In this document: positions 1 through 9,256 of the stretch, one piece after another
Layout: each line of letters opens with the position of its first letter
Numbering within the stretch: position 1 is the stretch's first letter
The notes under the pieces: generated by a model
What the model was told of the DNA's origin: nothing
What the model saw: the letters and a program-made list of their open reading frames with translations, nothing else
The model's database searches: none
Assembly (NCBI GenBank): GCA_963700145.1
Contig: OY969474.1
Span: forward strand, 1-64,000
Direction: 5' to 3'
From: an uncultured Acidobacteriota bacterium
Lineage (GTDB): Bacteria; Acidobacteriota; Thermoanaerobaculia; Multivoradales; UBA5704
DNA: 64,000 nucleotides
Program-made: the position numbers and the translations under genes

Positions 1-810
1 GTGCGCTTGGAGCGGGGCCGCTTCCTCGAGGACACCGACCGGGCGGACGCGCCCTTCGCCGCCGTCGTCAACCGCAGCATGGCGGCGCGCTACTGGCCGG
101 ACCAGGACGTCCTCGGCCAGCGCTTCCGCCTCGGCACCGCGCCGGACCGGCCTTGGTTCACGATCGTCGGCGTCTTCGCCGACGTCCACCACAACGGCGT
201 CGTCGAGGAGCCGCGCACCGAGATGGTCCTGCCGCTGGAGCAGTTCCAGCTCGCCACCGGCTCCCTGCGCCGCGGCATGACGCTCGTGGTCAAGAGCCGC
301 GGCGAGCCGCTGGCGCTGGCGGCGGCGGTGCGCGCGACGGTGCGGCGGCTCGACCCGCGCCTGCCCGTGGCACGAGTGCGCACGATGGACGAGGTCGTCG
401 GCACCGCGCTCTCCCAGCCGCGCTTCATGGCCCTCCTCCTCGCCCTCTTCGCCGGCCTGGCGCTGGCGCTCGCCGCGGTCGGGCTCTACGGCGTCATCGC
501 CTACGGCGTCGCGGCGCGCGGCCACGAGATCGGCATCCGCGTGGTGCTCGGGGCGACGCGCCTGCGGGTCCTCCGCCTGGTGCTGAGCGAGGGGATGGCG
601 ATGGCCGCCGCCGGCATCGGCGTCGGGCTGGCGCTGGCGCGCCTCCTGACGCGCTTCTTGGCCGGCCAGATCTACGGCGTCACCGCCGACGACCCGGCGA
701 CCTTCGCGGCGGTGCCGCTCGTCCTCGCCGCGGTGGCGCTCGCCGCCACCTGGCTCCCGGCCCGCCGCGCCGCCCGTCTCGACCCGGCGACGACGCTGCG
801 CGCGGGGTAG
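1..810 (+). CDS. ABC transporter permease, MacB/FtsX family (ADOP-like), 5'-truncated by window edge
   Basis: GRFL..TD..DAP..AVVN..MA.RYWP periplasmic motif; VGLYGVIAY.V..R.HEIGIR..LGA FtsX motif; C-terminal ATWLPARRAARLDP; TAG at 808-810. Confidence 0.9.
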   Translation: MRLERGRFLEDTDRADAPFAAVVNRSMAARYWPDQDVLGQRFRLGTAPDRPWFTIVGVFADVHHNGVVEEPRTEMVLPLEQFQLATGSLRRGMTLVVKSRGEPLALAAAVRATVRRLDPRLPVARVRTMDEVVGTALSQPRFMALLLALFAGLALALAAVGLYGVIAYGVAARGHEIGIRVVLGATRLRVLRLVLSEGMAMAAAGIGVGLALARLLTRFLAGQIYGVTADDPATFAAVPLVLAAVALAATWLPARRAARLDPATTLRAG

Positions 811-1133
811 CTAGGTCGTCGCGACAGCCGTCAGGATCATGTGGCTGAATGGCCGCGACAAGGGGGAAAGCCTTCCCCAGGGCCTCTTCGTTGTGGGTGC
901 GGGTCATCAACACTAGTCCTACCACTCTCCTGACTACCGGCGGCGAGACCCGTCCTTGCCGCCGTCGGCTCCTGCCGAAACTATAGTGCAAGAGGGCCGG
1001 CCTGGAGGGAGGTTTTGCGTCGTCGGCCCCACTGCCCTCCGGAGCCGGCGCGGTAGTCGGAGGCTAAGGTCCACGATAACGTCCCAGAACTCCGGCGGCC
1101 TTCTTAGCAACGCAGTTCCACGTCAAACGAGAC

Positions 1134-3563
1134 CTATGCCGCCGCCACCGTTCGCGACGAACTCTGCAATTCCACAGCAGCTCTGCCCGCAGAGGACGTC
1201 TCTCGGCTCGAACGTACCCTTCGTACGAACGCCCCTACCCACGTATCATAGAAGTTCCGCTGGCTGACCTGCTTCCTCACGAACAGGGGAGTGAGCACAA
1301 GGAAGGGAAGGAGAAAAAAGGCATTGGCTATCGACCAAACGAGAAACAGGAGTTGACGTATGATTGCTCGCCAGAACGGAAGCGGCCGCCCCTCTTCAGT
1401 TTCAATCAACAAACCGCCGAATGCGAAGCCGACGGTCCTCCTCCGCAGCGAAAGGATCCTGCAAGAAGCCAACCAGGCCACGAGCGAACAGAGAGACCAA
1501 AGTAAGACCGTGGTGGCGCCAATGAAAGCCAGGCCGGAAAAAGGGTCGATCAACCCAGCAACCCCGACACTCATGCCTACAATCAGAACCATATTAACCA
1601 CGATGTCGACGAACTCTGCCACCATAATGCGAGTCAAAGTCTGCACGCGCTCAGAATGACTAAGCCGCTCGTTTAGGTCGATGAGCGAACGGATGTACAA
1701 AACGATAAATAATACTAAAGCAGCAAAGAAGGCTATGGATAAGTAGACATCCGGCAGTGGGCGGATGGCGAAAAGCACGGCTGCTCCCAAGATTCCTACA
1801 ACACCAGCCGCGAGGCTCCACCTTTGGCGCGTCGATGCGCCCACCGTAATGATGGCGGCGAACAAAGCGCTGGAGAAAAAAACCGCCAGTCTTACAATCA
1901 GGAAAGTGAAGGGCGAAAAGATACGCGCGCCAGGCAACAGAAATGCGACAAGACTCGGGATGCCCAACAGCGGAGCGAGTCGTAAGAACTTGAGCTGCCG
2001 AATCTCCCGGACCATCAGCTCTCCGAGCTGCTTCTCCTTCCCCTCCCGCTCTCGGCGTGAAAGCGCGATCTGCGCCGTCCGCTTCTGATCCAGCCGCCGC
2101 CACTCGCGAACCGCCGAGCGGACGGCGAAGTCATGGGCTAACTCGAACTGCCTTTGTCGATCGGGCGTCTCGTGCTCGGTGACAAGGCGCATATCAACGA
2201 GTGGTCTGATCGTCTCCTCCAGGAGTTTGCGATCGACCGTCGGCAAGTTCAGCTCACGGGGCCGAAGGCGGCGGACTTCGGTGAAAAGACCGGTTTCTGT
2301 CAGCGCGCGACGGTGTCGTACTCTGTCAGTGAGGAGATAGAGCACGTCGAGCCGGAGTTCTTTCATCGCGTCGGCGTCTGACCCAGCATCGTCGCGGATC
2401 TTGCAGATTTGTTCCAACAGGTAAGAATCCAGTACCCGCTGCGCCGGCGAGGTCGTCTCCTCAGGCTCCGCCGTTTGACCGCCGTGATTTCCCTCGACCA
2501 CTGTCTCTATGCCTCCGAGGGATTGGTAGTGCTCGAGAGTGAAGGGAGGGTTGTGCTGGTCGCGGGTCCTCCAGAACTGATCGGCAACCACTTGAAGAGC
2601 GGGTAGCTCGACGTACGGATCGTTGGTCGGTGATGGCGTGAGATCGATACCGTTAAAGCGATTTGTCTGACTTTCGGAGTACGATCGTGTTAAGTCGTTC
2701 AGGACAACTTCAACTGCCTCTGTTTCCCATGACATGTGGAGGCGCCCGATCGGGAAGGTCAGAACGTCGGCAGCACGCTTGCGTCCGAGCGGTGAAAGTT
2801 TGTAATAGCTCACGAAGATATCCGGGATCACCTTACGGAAAGCTATCATGCTACCCACCCAATCCTCCCGCATCGAGAAGAGGAAATGTACCCGGAGGCT
2901 GTTATCGGCCCAAACCTCGCCGAGTTGCGCCACGAACTCGTCCAACTCGGGGCTGTTGTTATAGTGAACGAATAGCTCCTCGAATTGATCGCAGATAAAG
3001 AGTAGCTGCGTCTCACCGCCGAGGTAGTCACGGATTTCAGCGACAAACTGGCCAATTGGCGACTCCACCTTCGACTGCAGGCGGACTAGAAGGTCCTCGG
3101 GCGCAGGCGACCTGAGCCGGAACCGGCTGATTTTAGCCTCCAACCGGCCCAGTACATCCGCAATCTCACTAGCCGAACCCTGCGGTAGCGATTCCGCCAG
3201 ATCGCGTGCCTCGCGGAGCTCTGTCACCTCGTCCTGACTGAAAAGCGGAAGCTCCATTCCATGTAACAGGCAATCTCTGAAAGCCCGCGATGGATTGTAG
3301 TTCGACCATGGCGGCCGGGGTCGTGTCCTGAACACAGCGTAGCCCAGGCGCTGGAAGTGCGGCACGACACCTGCGTTAAGGAGGGAACTCTTACCGTTAC
3401 CAGAAAATGCGTAGAGCAGAGAGACTCGCGAGGCGCAGACCATGTCGGTGACAATGCGAAGCTCGTCGGTCCGTGTGAGAGTGACGAGCTCGCAGTCGCC
3501 GGCATCTCCGGTATGCAGGGGAGAAAGGAATCGCCAAGGGCTCTGGTCTTGGTCAAGCCTCAT
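1134..3563 (-). CDS. nSTAND1-type NTPase with ~7 C-terminal TM helices ending in an RDD domain
   Basis: Walker A YAFSGNGKSSLLNAG, Walker B FICDQFEELF, SMREDW, VELPALQVV, FELAHD; RDD-like RIMVAEFVD...TVG...AIIR...RNFYD. ATG 3563 chosen (AGGATGG upstream); GTG 3620 is the alternative. Confidence 0.8.
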   Translation of the reverse strand: MRLDQDQSPWRFLSPLHTGDAGDCELVTLTRTDELRIVTDMVCASRVSLLYAFSGNGKSSLLNAGVVPHFQRLGYAVFRTRPRPPWSNYNPSRAFRDCLLHGMELPLFSQDEVTELREARDLAESLPQGSASEIADVLGRLEAKISRFRLRSPAPEDLLVRLQSKVESPIGQFVAEIRDYLGGETQLLFICDQFEELFVHYNNSPELDEFVAQLGEVWADNSLRVHFLFSMREDWVGSMIAFRKVIPDIFVSYYKLSPLGRKRAADVLTFPIGRLHMSWETEAVEVVLNDLTRSYSESQTNRFNGIDLTPSPTNDPYVELPALQVVADQFWRTRDQHNPPFTLEHYQSLGGIETVVEGNHGGQTAEPEETTSPAQRVLDSYLLEQICKIRDDAGSDADAMKELRLDVLYLLTDRVRHRRALTETGLFTEVRRLRPRELNLPTVDRKLLEETIRPLVDMRLVTEHETPDRQRQFELAHDFAVRSAVREWRRLDQKRTAQIALSRREREGKEKQLGELMVREIRQLKFLRLAPLLGIPSLVAFLLPGARIFSPFTFLIVRLAVFFSSALFAAIITVGASTRQRWSLAAGVVGILGAAVLFAIRPLPDVYLSIAFFAALVLFIVLYIRSLIDLNERLSHSERVQTLTRIMVAEFVDIVVNMVLIVGMSVGVAGLIDPFSGLAFIGATTVLLWSLCSLVAWLASCRILSLRRRTVGFAFGGLLIETEEGRPLPFWRAIIRQLLFLVWSIANAFFLLPFLVLTPLFVRKQVSQRNFYDTWVGAFVRRVRSSRETSSAGRAAVELQSSSRTVAAA

Positions 3564-3600
3564 TGTCAGTCCATCCTGTTCTGTGGGAAACTGGATGACC

Positions 3601-4581
3601 TCACGCCCGGACTGGCACACTTTCCTCGACTAGTGCGGCGAGCGCCGAGGCCAGGTCCTCGACGAATACGACAGCGTCTACATTTAAGATGTCGATCTTC
3701 TTGTTTCCCCAGAAGTCGATCATGGCCTTCCTAAGGTCCAGATCCTCGCCTTTCGGATCGTCGAAGTACTGTACAGCATAGCCGCTCAGGTCGTACCGCT
3801 CAGCAGTGGCCTTGAAAATAACCCTGAAATTCCAATCGGCAAGGCTGTAGCCGATAAAGAGAGGAGATGAGCGCGAGATCTTGCCCAGTACGTAAGGCAA
3901 AAGCATCTTGTTCTCATCATGACTCAGCGCATTGGAGAGAAAGTTGATGTAATCTTCCTCGGTGATCACGAGGTTGTGATTGTCACCCTGCGAGAGAGTC
4001 GCGTGCGTGATGCAGCCGTGCATCTTGTAGAGATGTGTTCCTGATCCACGTGGAAGCCAGGTTCGTGGATCGACATCGCCGATTCCCTCGTGCAAGGCGG
4101 CACCTCGGAGGTTCGCGTCCTCGCCACCTCGATAGACGATTACCCCTGGTGATCGGCCGAATTCCGCCTGGTAGGCTCGTTCAAAGTGCTGATCATAGTT
4201 GGTCGTAGTGACCAGTACGCTTCGCGACTGCGTCTCGAGCACCTTGATGATCTTCATCAACATCTGAAGAGTGGAGGAGGGTTGGATGTCTGGTTTGTCG
4301 ATCCGCGCCTTTAAGAAGAGATTGAGTGCGTCGCGCCGAAAAAAGAATTCGTAGTAGAAGGCAATGGTCGAAAGGGGAATGTGCTTGTACCAGGGAAGAT
4401 GGCATTCCTTGGCCAAGGCTTGTGAGAGATCGCTTCCCGTTGGGAGGTGAGCTCTCTTTGCGTCGAACCCTACGCCCGCTCCGAGGAAGATTAGAGAACT
4501 CTTTTCAGAGGAAAGGAACTGGCGAGCGAGCTTGTTGACCACTCCCTGGTACTGCCGGTCGTTCCTTGTGATCTCAGCCAT
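3601..4581 (-). CDS. SIR2-like (SIR2_2) domain protein, putative NADase effector
   Basis: IFLGAGVG, VTTNYD, YKMHGC, LVITEEDY, LFIGYSLADWNFR. ATG 4581 chosen because the ATG at 4632 overlaps a -10 box. Confidence 0.85.
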   Translation of the reverse strand: MAEITRNDRQYQGVVNKLARQFLSSEKSSLIFLGAGVGFDAKRAHLPTGSDLSQALAKECHLPWYKHIPLSTIAFYYEFFFRRDALNLFLKARIDKPDIQPSSTLQMLMKIIKVLETQSRSVLVTTTNYDQHFERAYQAEFGRSPGVIVYRGGEDANLRGAALHEGIGDVDPRTWLPRGSGTHLYKMHGCITHATLSQGDNHNLVITEEDYINFLSNALSHDENKMLLPYVLGKISRSSPLFIGYSLADWNFRVIFKATAERYDLSGYAVQYFDDPKGEDLDLRKAMIDFWGNKKIDILNVDAVVFVEDLASALAALVEESVPVRA

Positions 4582-4630
4582 GAAGGACCTCGAGCACTCG
4601 CCTACCCTCCTGATACAGACAGATTGGTTC

Positions 4631-4639
4631 ATTCTAGCA
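4631..4639 (-). promoter_or_regulatory. Extended -10 element (TGcTAGAAT) for the SIR2-STAND operon
   Basis: Minus-strand TGCTAGAAT in an AT-rich intergenic stretch ~50 nt upstream of ATG 4581. Confidence 0.45.
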
Positions 4640-4859
4640 TGGCATTCTTGAAGCGCTACGGTATAGCGATGTAGACATTAGTGCTGTGCGCAGCGTGCGC
4701 CGCTGAGGCAGGTGATCATCGCGACGGCCTTGCGGGAACTCGCCGAAAGCTCCAGCCGTCTGGCGCCACGAGGAGCGCTTCTCTTCCCGGAGGGCGCCGC
4801 GCCCGCGGCTTTATCTGCGCTCACATCGGGCCGCCCGCCTTCGGGTAGCATCCGCGGCC

Positions 4860-5522
4860 ATGGCAGCCGGGACCTGCGAGCCGCGCTACAGCGTCCGCGA
4901 GGAGATCGCCAACAGCGTCGTCCACGGCGCCGGCGCGGTGCTGGCGGTCGCCGGCCTCGCTCTCCTCGCCGACTCCGCGAGCCGCCACGGGAGCGTGCGC
5001 CACGTCGTCGGCTGCGCCGTCTTCGGCGCCACGCTGGTCCTGCTCTACACCGCGTCCACGCTCTACCACAGCATCCCGTTCGACCGCGCGAAGAAGGTCC
5101 TGCGGGTGATCGACCACTCGGCGATCTACCTGCTGATCGCCGGCACCTACACGCCGTTCGCGCTGGTCAGCCTGCACGGGCCGGTGGGATGGTGGCTGCT
5201 CGCCGCGATCTGGGCGGCGGCGCTGACCGGCATCGTCCTGCGCACCGCCTGCCCGTGCGTGCCGCCGGCGGTCTTCGTCGGCCTTTACCTGGCGATGGGC
5301 TGGGCGGTGGTGGCGGTGATCGAGCCACTGCTCGCCGCCGTGCCGCCGCGCGGCTTCGCCCTACTGCTCGCGGGCGGCGTCGCCTACACCGCCGGCGTCG
5401 CCTTCTACCTCTGGCGGAAGCTGCCGTACCACCACGCCATCTGGCACGGCTTCGTCCTCGCCGGCAGCGTCCTGCACTTCCTCGCCATCCTCGTCGCGGT
5501 CGTCCCGCCCCTTCCCGACTAG
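4860..5522 (+). CDS. Hemolysin III / PAQR family membrane protein
   Basis: EEIANSVVHG, STLYH, DHSAIYLLIAGTYTP, HAIWHGFVL; 7 TM. Confidence 0.93.
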   Translation: MAAGTCEPRYSVREEIANSVVHGAGAVLAVAGLALLADSASRHGSVRHVVGCAVFGATLVLLYTASTLYHSIPFDRAKKVLRVIDHSAIYLLIAGTYTPFALVSLHGPVGWWLLAAIWAAALTGIVLRTACPCVPPAVFVGLYLAMGWAVVAVIEPLLAAVPPRGFALLLAGGVAYTAGVAFYLWRKLPYHHAIWHGFVLAGSVLHFLAILVAVVPPLPD

Positions 5523-5527
5523 GCCCC

Positions 5528-6373
5528 ATGGTCCCCCGCCGCGCCGCGCCGCTGGCGCCGACGCTCGTCGCCCACCTCTTCCCGCTGCTCGGCCGCGAGT
5601 TGGTGGCGCTCCTGCGCTCGCTCGACGCCGCGGCGTGGCGGCGGCCCACCGTCTGCCCGGCCTGGTCGGTTCACGACGTCGCGGCGCATCTCCTCGACAC
5701 CGCCTGCCGCCGCCTGTCGTTCGGCCGCGACGGCCACGCGCCGCCGGCCGGACGGCTGGACGACTACGGCGAGCTGCTGCGCCTCCTCGACGGCCTCAAC
5801 GCCGGGTGGGTGGCGGCGGCGCGCCGCCTGAGCCCGCGGCTCCTCACCGACCTCCTCGAGTGGGTCGAGCCGCAGCTCGCCGAGCACCTGGCGGGCCTCG
5901 ATCCTTGGGCGGACGGCCTGCCGGTCGCCTGGGCCGGCGAGACGCGCTCGCCGAGCTGGTTCGACGTCGCCCGCGAGCTGACCGAGCGCTGGCACCACCA
6001 GCAGCAGATCCGCCTCGCCGTCGGGGCGCCGCCCCTGGCCGACCCGGAGACCTCCGAGGCCATCTTCGACACCTTCCTCCGCGGCCTGCCGCACCGCTAC
6101 CGCGACGTCGCCGCGCCGGACGGCACGGCCGTCGCTGTCGCCATCCGCGGTGCCCGCCCGTACGACTACACCCTGTGTCGCGAAGCCGGCGCCTGGCAGC
6201 TCCTCAAAGGCGCCGAGCCCGACCCCGCCGCCGGCGTCGCCCTCGACGAAGAGCCGGCCTGGCTGCTCCTTACCAAGGGGATGCCGGGACCGGAGGTGCG
6301 CGCTCGCGCCGCCATCGAGGGCGACCGGCGCCTTGCTGACCCCTTCTTCGGCCTGATCGCCGTCATGGCGTAG
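5528..6373 (+). CDS. Maleylpyruvate isomerase N-terminal (MDMPI/DinB-like) metal-binding protein
   Basis: W..PTVCPAWSVHDVAAHL and E.W.H.QQIR.A motifs; ATG 5528 just after the hemolysin stop. Confidence 0.8.
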   Translation: MVPRRAAPLAPTLVAHLFPLLGRELVALLRSLDAAAWRRPTVCPAWSVHDVAAHLLDTACRRLSFGRDGHAPPAGRLDDYGELLRLLDGLNAGWVAAARRLSPRLLTDLLEWVEPQLAEHLAGLDPWADGLPVAWAGETRSPSWFDVARELTERWHHQQQIRLAVGAPPLADPETSEAIFDTFLRGLPHRYRDVAAPDGTAVAVAIRGARPYDYTLCREAGAWQLLKGAEPDPAAGVALDEEPAWLLLTKGMPGPEVRARAAIEGDRRLADPFFGLIAVMA

Positions 6374-6384
6374 GGTCGAGCGCT

Positions 6385-6714
6385 CTAGTCTTCGATCCCC
6401 AGAACTCGCCTCATCCCCTCTTCGATCGCGGGCCACGAGCTCGAAGGCAGGGAACCGATCCGCTGCTTGAGCCGCGACTTGTGAATCGGTCCCAGGGACT
6501 CGCACTTGGCAAAGCTCGGTTGGCGCAAGCCGGTTCGTCCGGGGGCGTCGGGCAGCGGCACGCGCAGCGGACCGGCGATGCTGGTGAGCGGAATCAGGAG
6601 GACGTCCGGGCAGAGGTCGTTGATCGCGTCGATGCTGACGACGAGCGCCGGCCGCGGCTTCGGGTGGGCGACGAGCTCGACGGTCCAGATGTCTCCTCGC
6701 GCGACTCGTTCCAT
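6385..6714 (-). CDS. mazF: Type II toxin, PemK/MazF family endoribonuclease
   Basis: RGDIW.V..., KPRPALVVS, LIPLTS, GL..PS.A.CE....I.K.RL...IG. Confidence 0.88.
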   Translation of the reverse strand: MERVARGDIWTVELVAHPKPRPALVVSIDAINDLCPDVLLIPLTSIAGPLRVPLPDAPGRTGLRQPSFAKCESLGPIHKSRLKQRIGSLPSSSWPAIEEGMRRVLGIED

Positions 6715-6944
6715 TGGTCCTCCTCGAATGTGCGACGCCAGGCTTCGCTCTCCGAACGCTCGTCGTCGTCCTCTCGCGAAGCGGCAAGGGCGCGCCGCAA
6801 CTCGGCGTCAGACGCCGCCCGGCGGTAGCGCCGCAGGACGTGCTCCAGCTTCGCGGAGCGTGAGGGTCCCGGAAGAGTGTCGAGGTAGCGAACGAGAGGT
6901 CGTTCGACGGTGAGGGAGAGTTTCTCTTTGCTCGTCTTCTTCAT
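6594..6944 (-). CDS. Putative ribbon-helix-helix antitoxin of the MazF-like toxin
   Basis: MKKTSKEKLSLTV (RHH strand), SRSAKLE, acidic tail; AGGAG RBS; directly upstream of the toxin. Confidence 0.65.
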   Translation of the reverse strand: MKKTSKEKLSLTVERPLVRYLDTLPGPSRSAKLEHVLRRYRRAASDAELRRALAASREDDDERSESEAWRRTFEEDQWNESREETSGPSSSSPTRSRGRRSSSASTRSTTSARTSS

Positions 6945-6970
6945 GGTAGGACTCCTGGTAGGACATCCTA
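6945..6970. promoter_or_regulatory. Candidate TA autoregulatory operator
   Basis: Direct repeat GGTAGGAC (6945-6952, 6957-6964) and palindrome TAGGA-ca-TCCTA (6959-6970) over the antitoxin RBS. Confidence 0.4.
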
Positions 6971-7039
6971 TCCGATTGCGGACATGGCGGCCTTGCGCGG
7001 CTAGGCGTCGACAGCCGTCGGCCTGGACGCCCCGGCGCG

Positions 7040-9256
7040 ATGCTCCTAGCATGGGCGGTCGTGCGCGGTGCGGACTTCCGGCGAACCGTCTTGCTCGCCG
7101 TCCTGGCGCTCGTCGTCCTGGCGGCGGCCTGGGGCGGTGGGGCCGAGCCCGTCTTCCGCCCCCTCCTCGACGACGCCCACGCTCCCGACCTGCTGGTCGA
7201 GGAGCGCCGCCTCGTACGCCCCCCCGCCACCCACGGCAACCGCTTCCTGACCGGCTGGTCGCCGGAGATCGCGGACGGCGCGCTCCGGCTGGTCCCCGCC
7301 GCCGCCGGCGCGCGGCTGGAGCTGGTGCAGCTCGCGGCGCGGCCGCGGCGGCTGGCCGTCGATCTCGCCACGCCGCCGCCAGGGGGTTTCCTCCGTCTCC
7401 GCCACGGCGCCCGCGACCTCGGCCGCTTCCCGCTCGCCGATCCGCTCGAAGTGCCGCTGCCGGCCGACCTGCCGCTCGGGCGCGTCGCGCTCGACCTCGC
7501 CTGGGAGCTCCCCGACGGGGCGGCTCCGCCGCGGGTCGCCAGAGCCGCCGTTCGCCCCGCGCTGGCCACCGGCGGCCTGCGCGTCGACGGCACGGACCTC
7601 CTCCAGCGGGGCGACTCCCTGATCGACATTGTCCGCCCCCTCGCCGGCGGCGAGACCCTGGTCGGCGCCTTCCGCCCGCCCTGGCCGCCGCGCTCTGGCC
7701 AGCGCTTCGAACTGATCCTGGAGCGCGAGGGGGGCGAGGTCGCGCGCCTCGCCTGGACGCCTTCCTGGCTCGATCTCTTCCGACCCGCGCGTGCCATTCG
7801 CCTGTCGCTCGGGCCGGAGCCCGGCTTCGTGCGTGTGCGCCTGCGTGCTGAAGGGAGCGGTCCCTCGTGCCGCTGGCGCGACCTGCGGCTCGAGAGCGCG
7901 GCAACGCCTCCGTCCGTCGCGGCCGTCGAGCCCCCGCGCCTCGCGCCGCCGCGCCTGGTCGTCGTCTACGTCCTCGACGCCCTGCGCGCCGACCGCGTCG
8001 GCCACCTGGGCGGGCCGCCCGACCTCTCGCCGACCCTCGACCGCCTGGCCTTCGCCGGGCGCAGTTACCGCCTGCACCGCAGCGTCGCGCCGAACACCCT
8101 GCCTTCGACCAAGGCGCTTTTCACCGGCCGCACGGCGCTCGCCGGCGGCGACTTGCCGCTCGCTCCCGAGGACGGCCCGACCTTGGCCGAGCGCTTCCGC
8201 GCCGCGGGCTACCGGACGGGGCTCTTCTCGGGCAACGTCTTCGTCAGCCGCGCCTTCGGCATGGACCGCGGCTTCGAGCACGTGGCGGAGGAGGCGCTGG
8301 TGGAGGGCGGCGGCCGCCGCGCCGTCCGCTTCAACGACAACGCCGCCCGCGTCCACGCCGCGGCGCTCGCCTGGCTGCGGGCGCTGCCGCCGGAGGCGCC
8401 GGCCTTCCTCTACCTGCACGCGATCCACCCGCACAACCCGTACGACCCGCCGCCGCCCTTCCGCGCCCGCTTCGCCGGCGGCGGCCGGTCGCCGATCGGC
8501 GGCAGCACCGAGACGCTCCTCGCGGTGCGCGCCGGCGAGCGCGCGCTGGCGCCGCGCGATGCCCGCCGCCTGCGCGGCCTCTACGCCGGCGGCCTCGCCT
8601 ACGGCGACGCCGAGCTGGCCGCCTTCCTGCGCGCCGTCGCCGGGCGCGTGCCGGCCGAGGAGACCCTCCTCGCCGTCACCTCCGACCACGGCGAGGAGCT
8701 GCTCGAGCACGGCGGCATCCTCCACGGCTACACGCTCTACGAGGAGATGCTGCGCATCCCGGCGGTGCTCTGGGGGCCGGGGCGGGTGGCGCCGGAGGCG
8801 GTCTTCGCGCCGACCTCGACGCTCGACCTGCGCCGCGCGCTGCTCGAAGCGGCGGGGTTGCCGCAGGCGGCGTCCGAGCCGGAAGAGGGCGCCGCGCCCG
8901 CCGCGGACCCCGCCGCCCCCGCCGTCCACTTCGCCGCCGCGGCGAGCGTCCCCGGCGGCATCTTCTCGGCCCAGACGGCGCGCTGGAAGGTGGTGTGGGC
9001 GCCGCGCCGCGGCGTGATGTGGGGAGTGGGGGAGGGGATCGGCCGCTCGCGCGACGCCGAGTACGTCTTCGACCTCGCCCACGATCCGCGCGAGACGGTC
9101 AACCTCGCCGGTGCCCCGGGCCTCGCCCTCGAAGCCTTGTGGCTCCGCCAGCGCCTCCTCGGCTGGGTCGAGGCCGAAGGCGGCGCCGTCCCGCCCGACC
9201 CCGCCCTCGACGCCCAGACCCGCGCCCGCCTCCGCGCCCTCGGCTACCTGCGGTGA
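7040..9256 (+). CDS. Membrane-anchored sulfatase-like hydrolase/transferase (alkaline phosphatase superfamily)
   Basis: YVLDALRAD, NTLPSTKALFTG (Thr-type, not CxPxR), HPHNPY, TSDHGEE, HG.TLYEE, C-terminal RLRALGYL. Confidence 0.85.
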   Translation: MLLAWAVVRGADFRRTVLLAVLALVVLAAAWGGGAEPVFRPLLDDAHAPDLLVEERRLVRPPATHGNRFLTGWSPEIADGALRLVPAAAGARLELVQLAARPRRLAVDLATPPPGGFLRLRHGARDLGRFPLADPLEVPLPADLPLGRVALDLAWELPDGAAPPRVARAAVRPALATGGLRVDGTDLLQRGDSLIDIVRPLAGGETLVGAFRPPWPPRSGQRFELILEREGGEVARLAWTPSWLDLFRPARAIRLSLGPEPGFVRVRLRAEGSGPSCRWRDLRLESAATPPSVAAVEPPRLAPPRLVVVYVLDALRADRVGHLGGPPDLSPTLDRLAFAGRSYRLHRSVAPNTLPSTKALFTGRTALAGGDLPLAPEDGPTLAERFRAAGYRTGLFSGNVFVSRAFGMDRGFEHVAEEALVEGGGRRAVRFNDNAARVHAAALAWLRALPPEAPAFLYLHAIHPHNPYDPPPPFRARFAGGGRSPIGGSTETLLAVRAGERALAPRDARRLRGLYAGGLAYGDAELAAFLRAVAGRVPAEETLLAVTSDHGEELLEHGGILHGYTLYEEMLRIPAVLWGPGRVAPEAVFAPTSTLDLRRALLEAAGLPQAASEPEEGAAPAADPAAPAVHFAAAASVPGGIFSAQTARWKVVWAPRRGVMWGVGEGIGRSRDAEYVFDLAHDPRETVNLAGAPGLALEALWLRQRLLGWVEAEGGAVPPDPALDAQTRARLRALGYLR

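Noticed and set aside
811-1133. Lower-GC spacer as ncRNA or small gene
   Set aside because: No recognisable motif, convincing structure or credible ORF.
4712-5527. 553-aa ORF start at 4712
   Set aside because: The N-terminal half is an off-frame shadow of the hemolysin III gene; the real gene starts at 5528.
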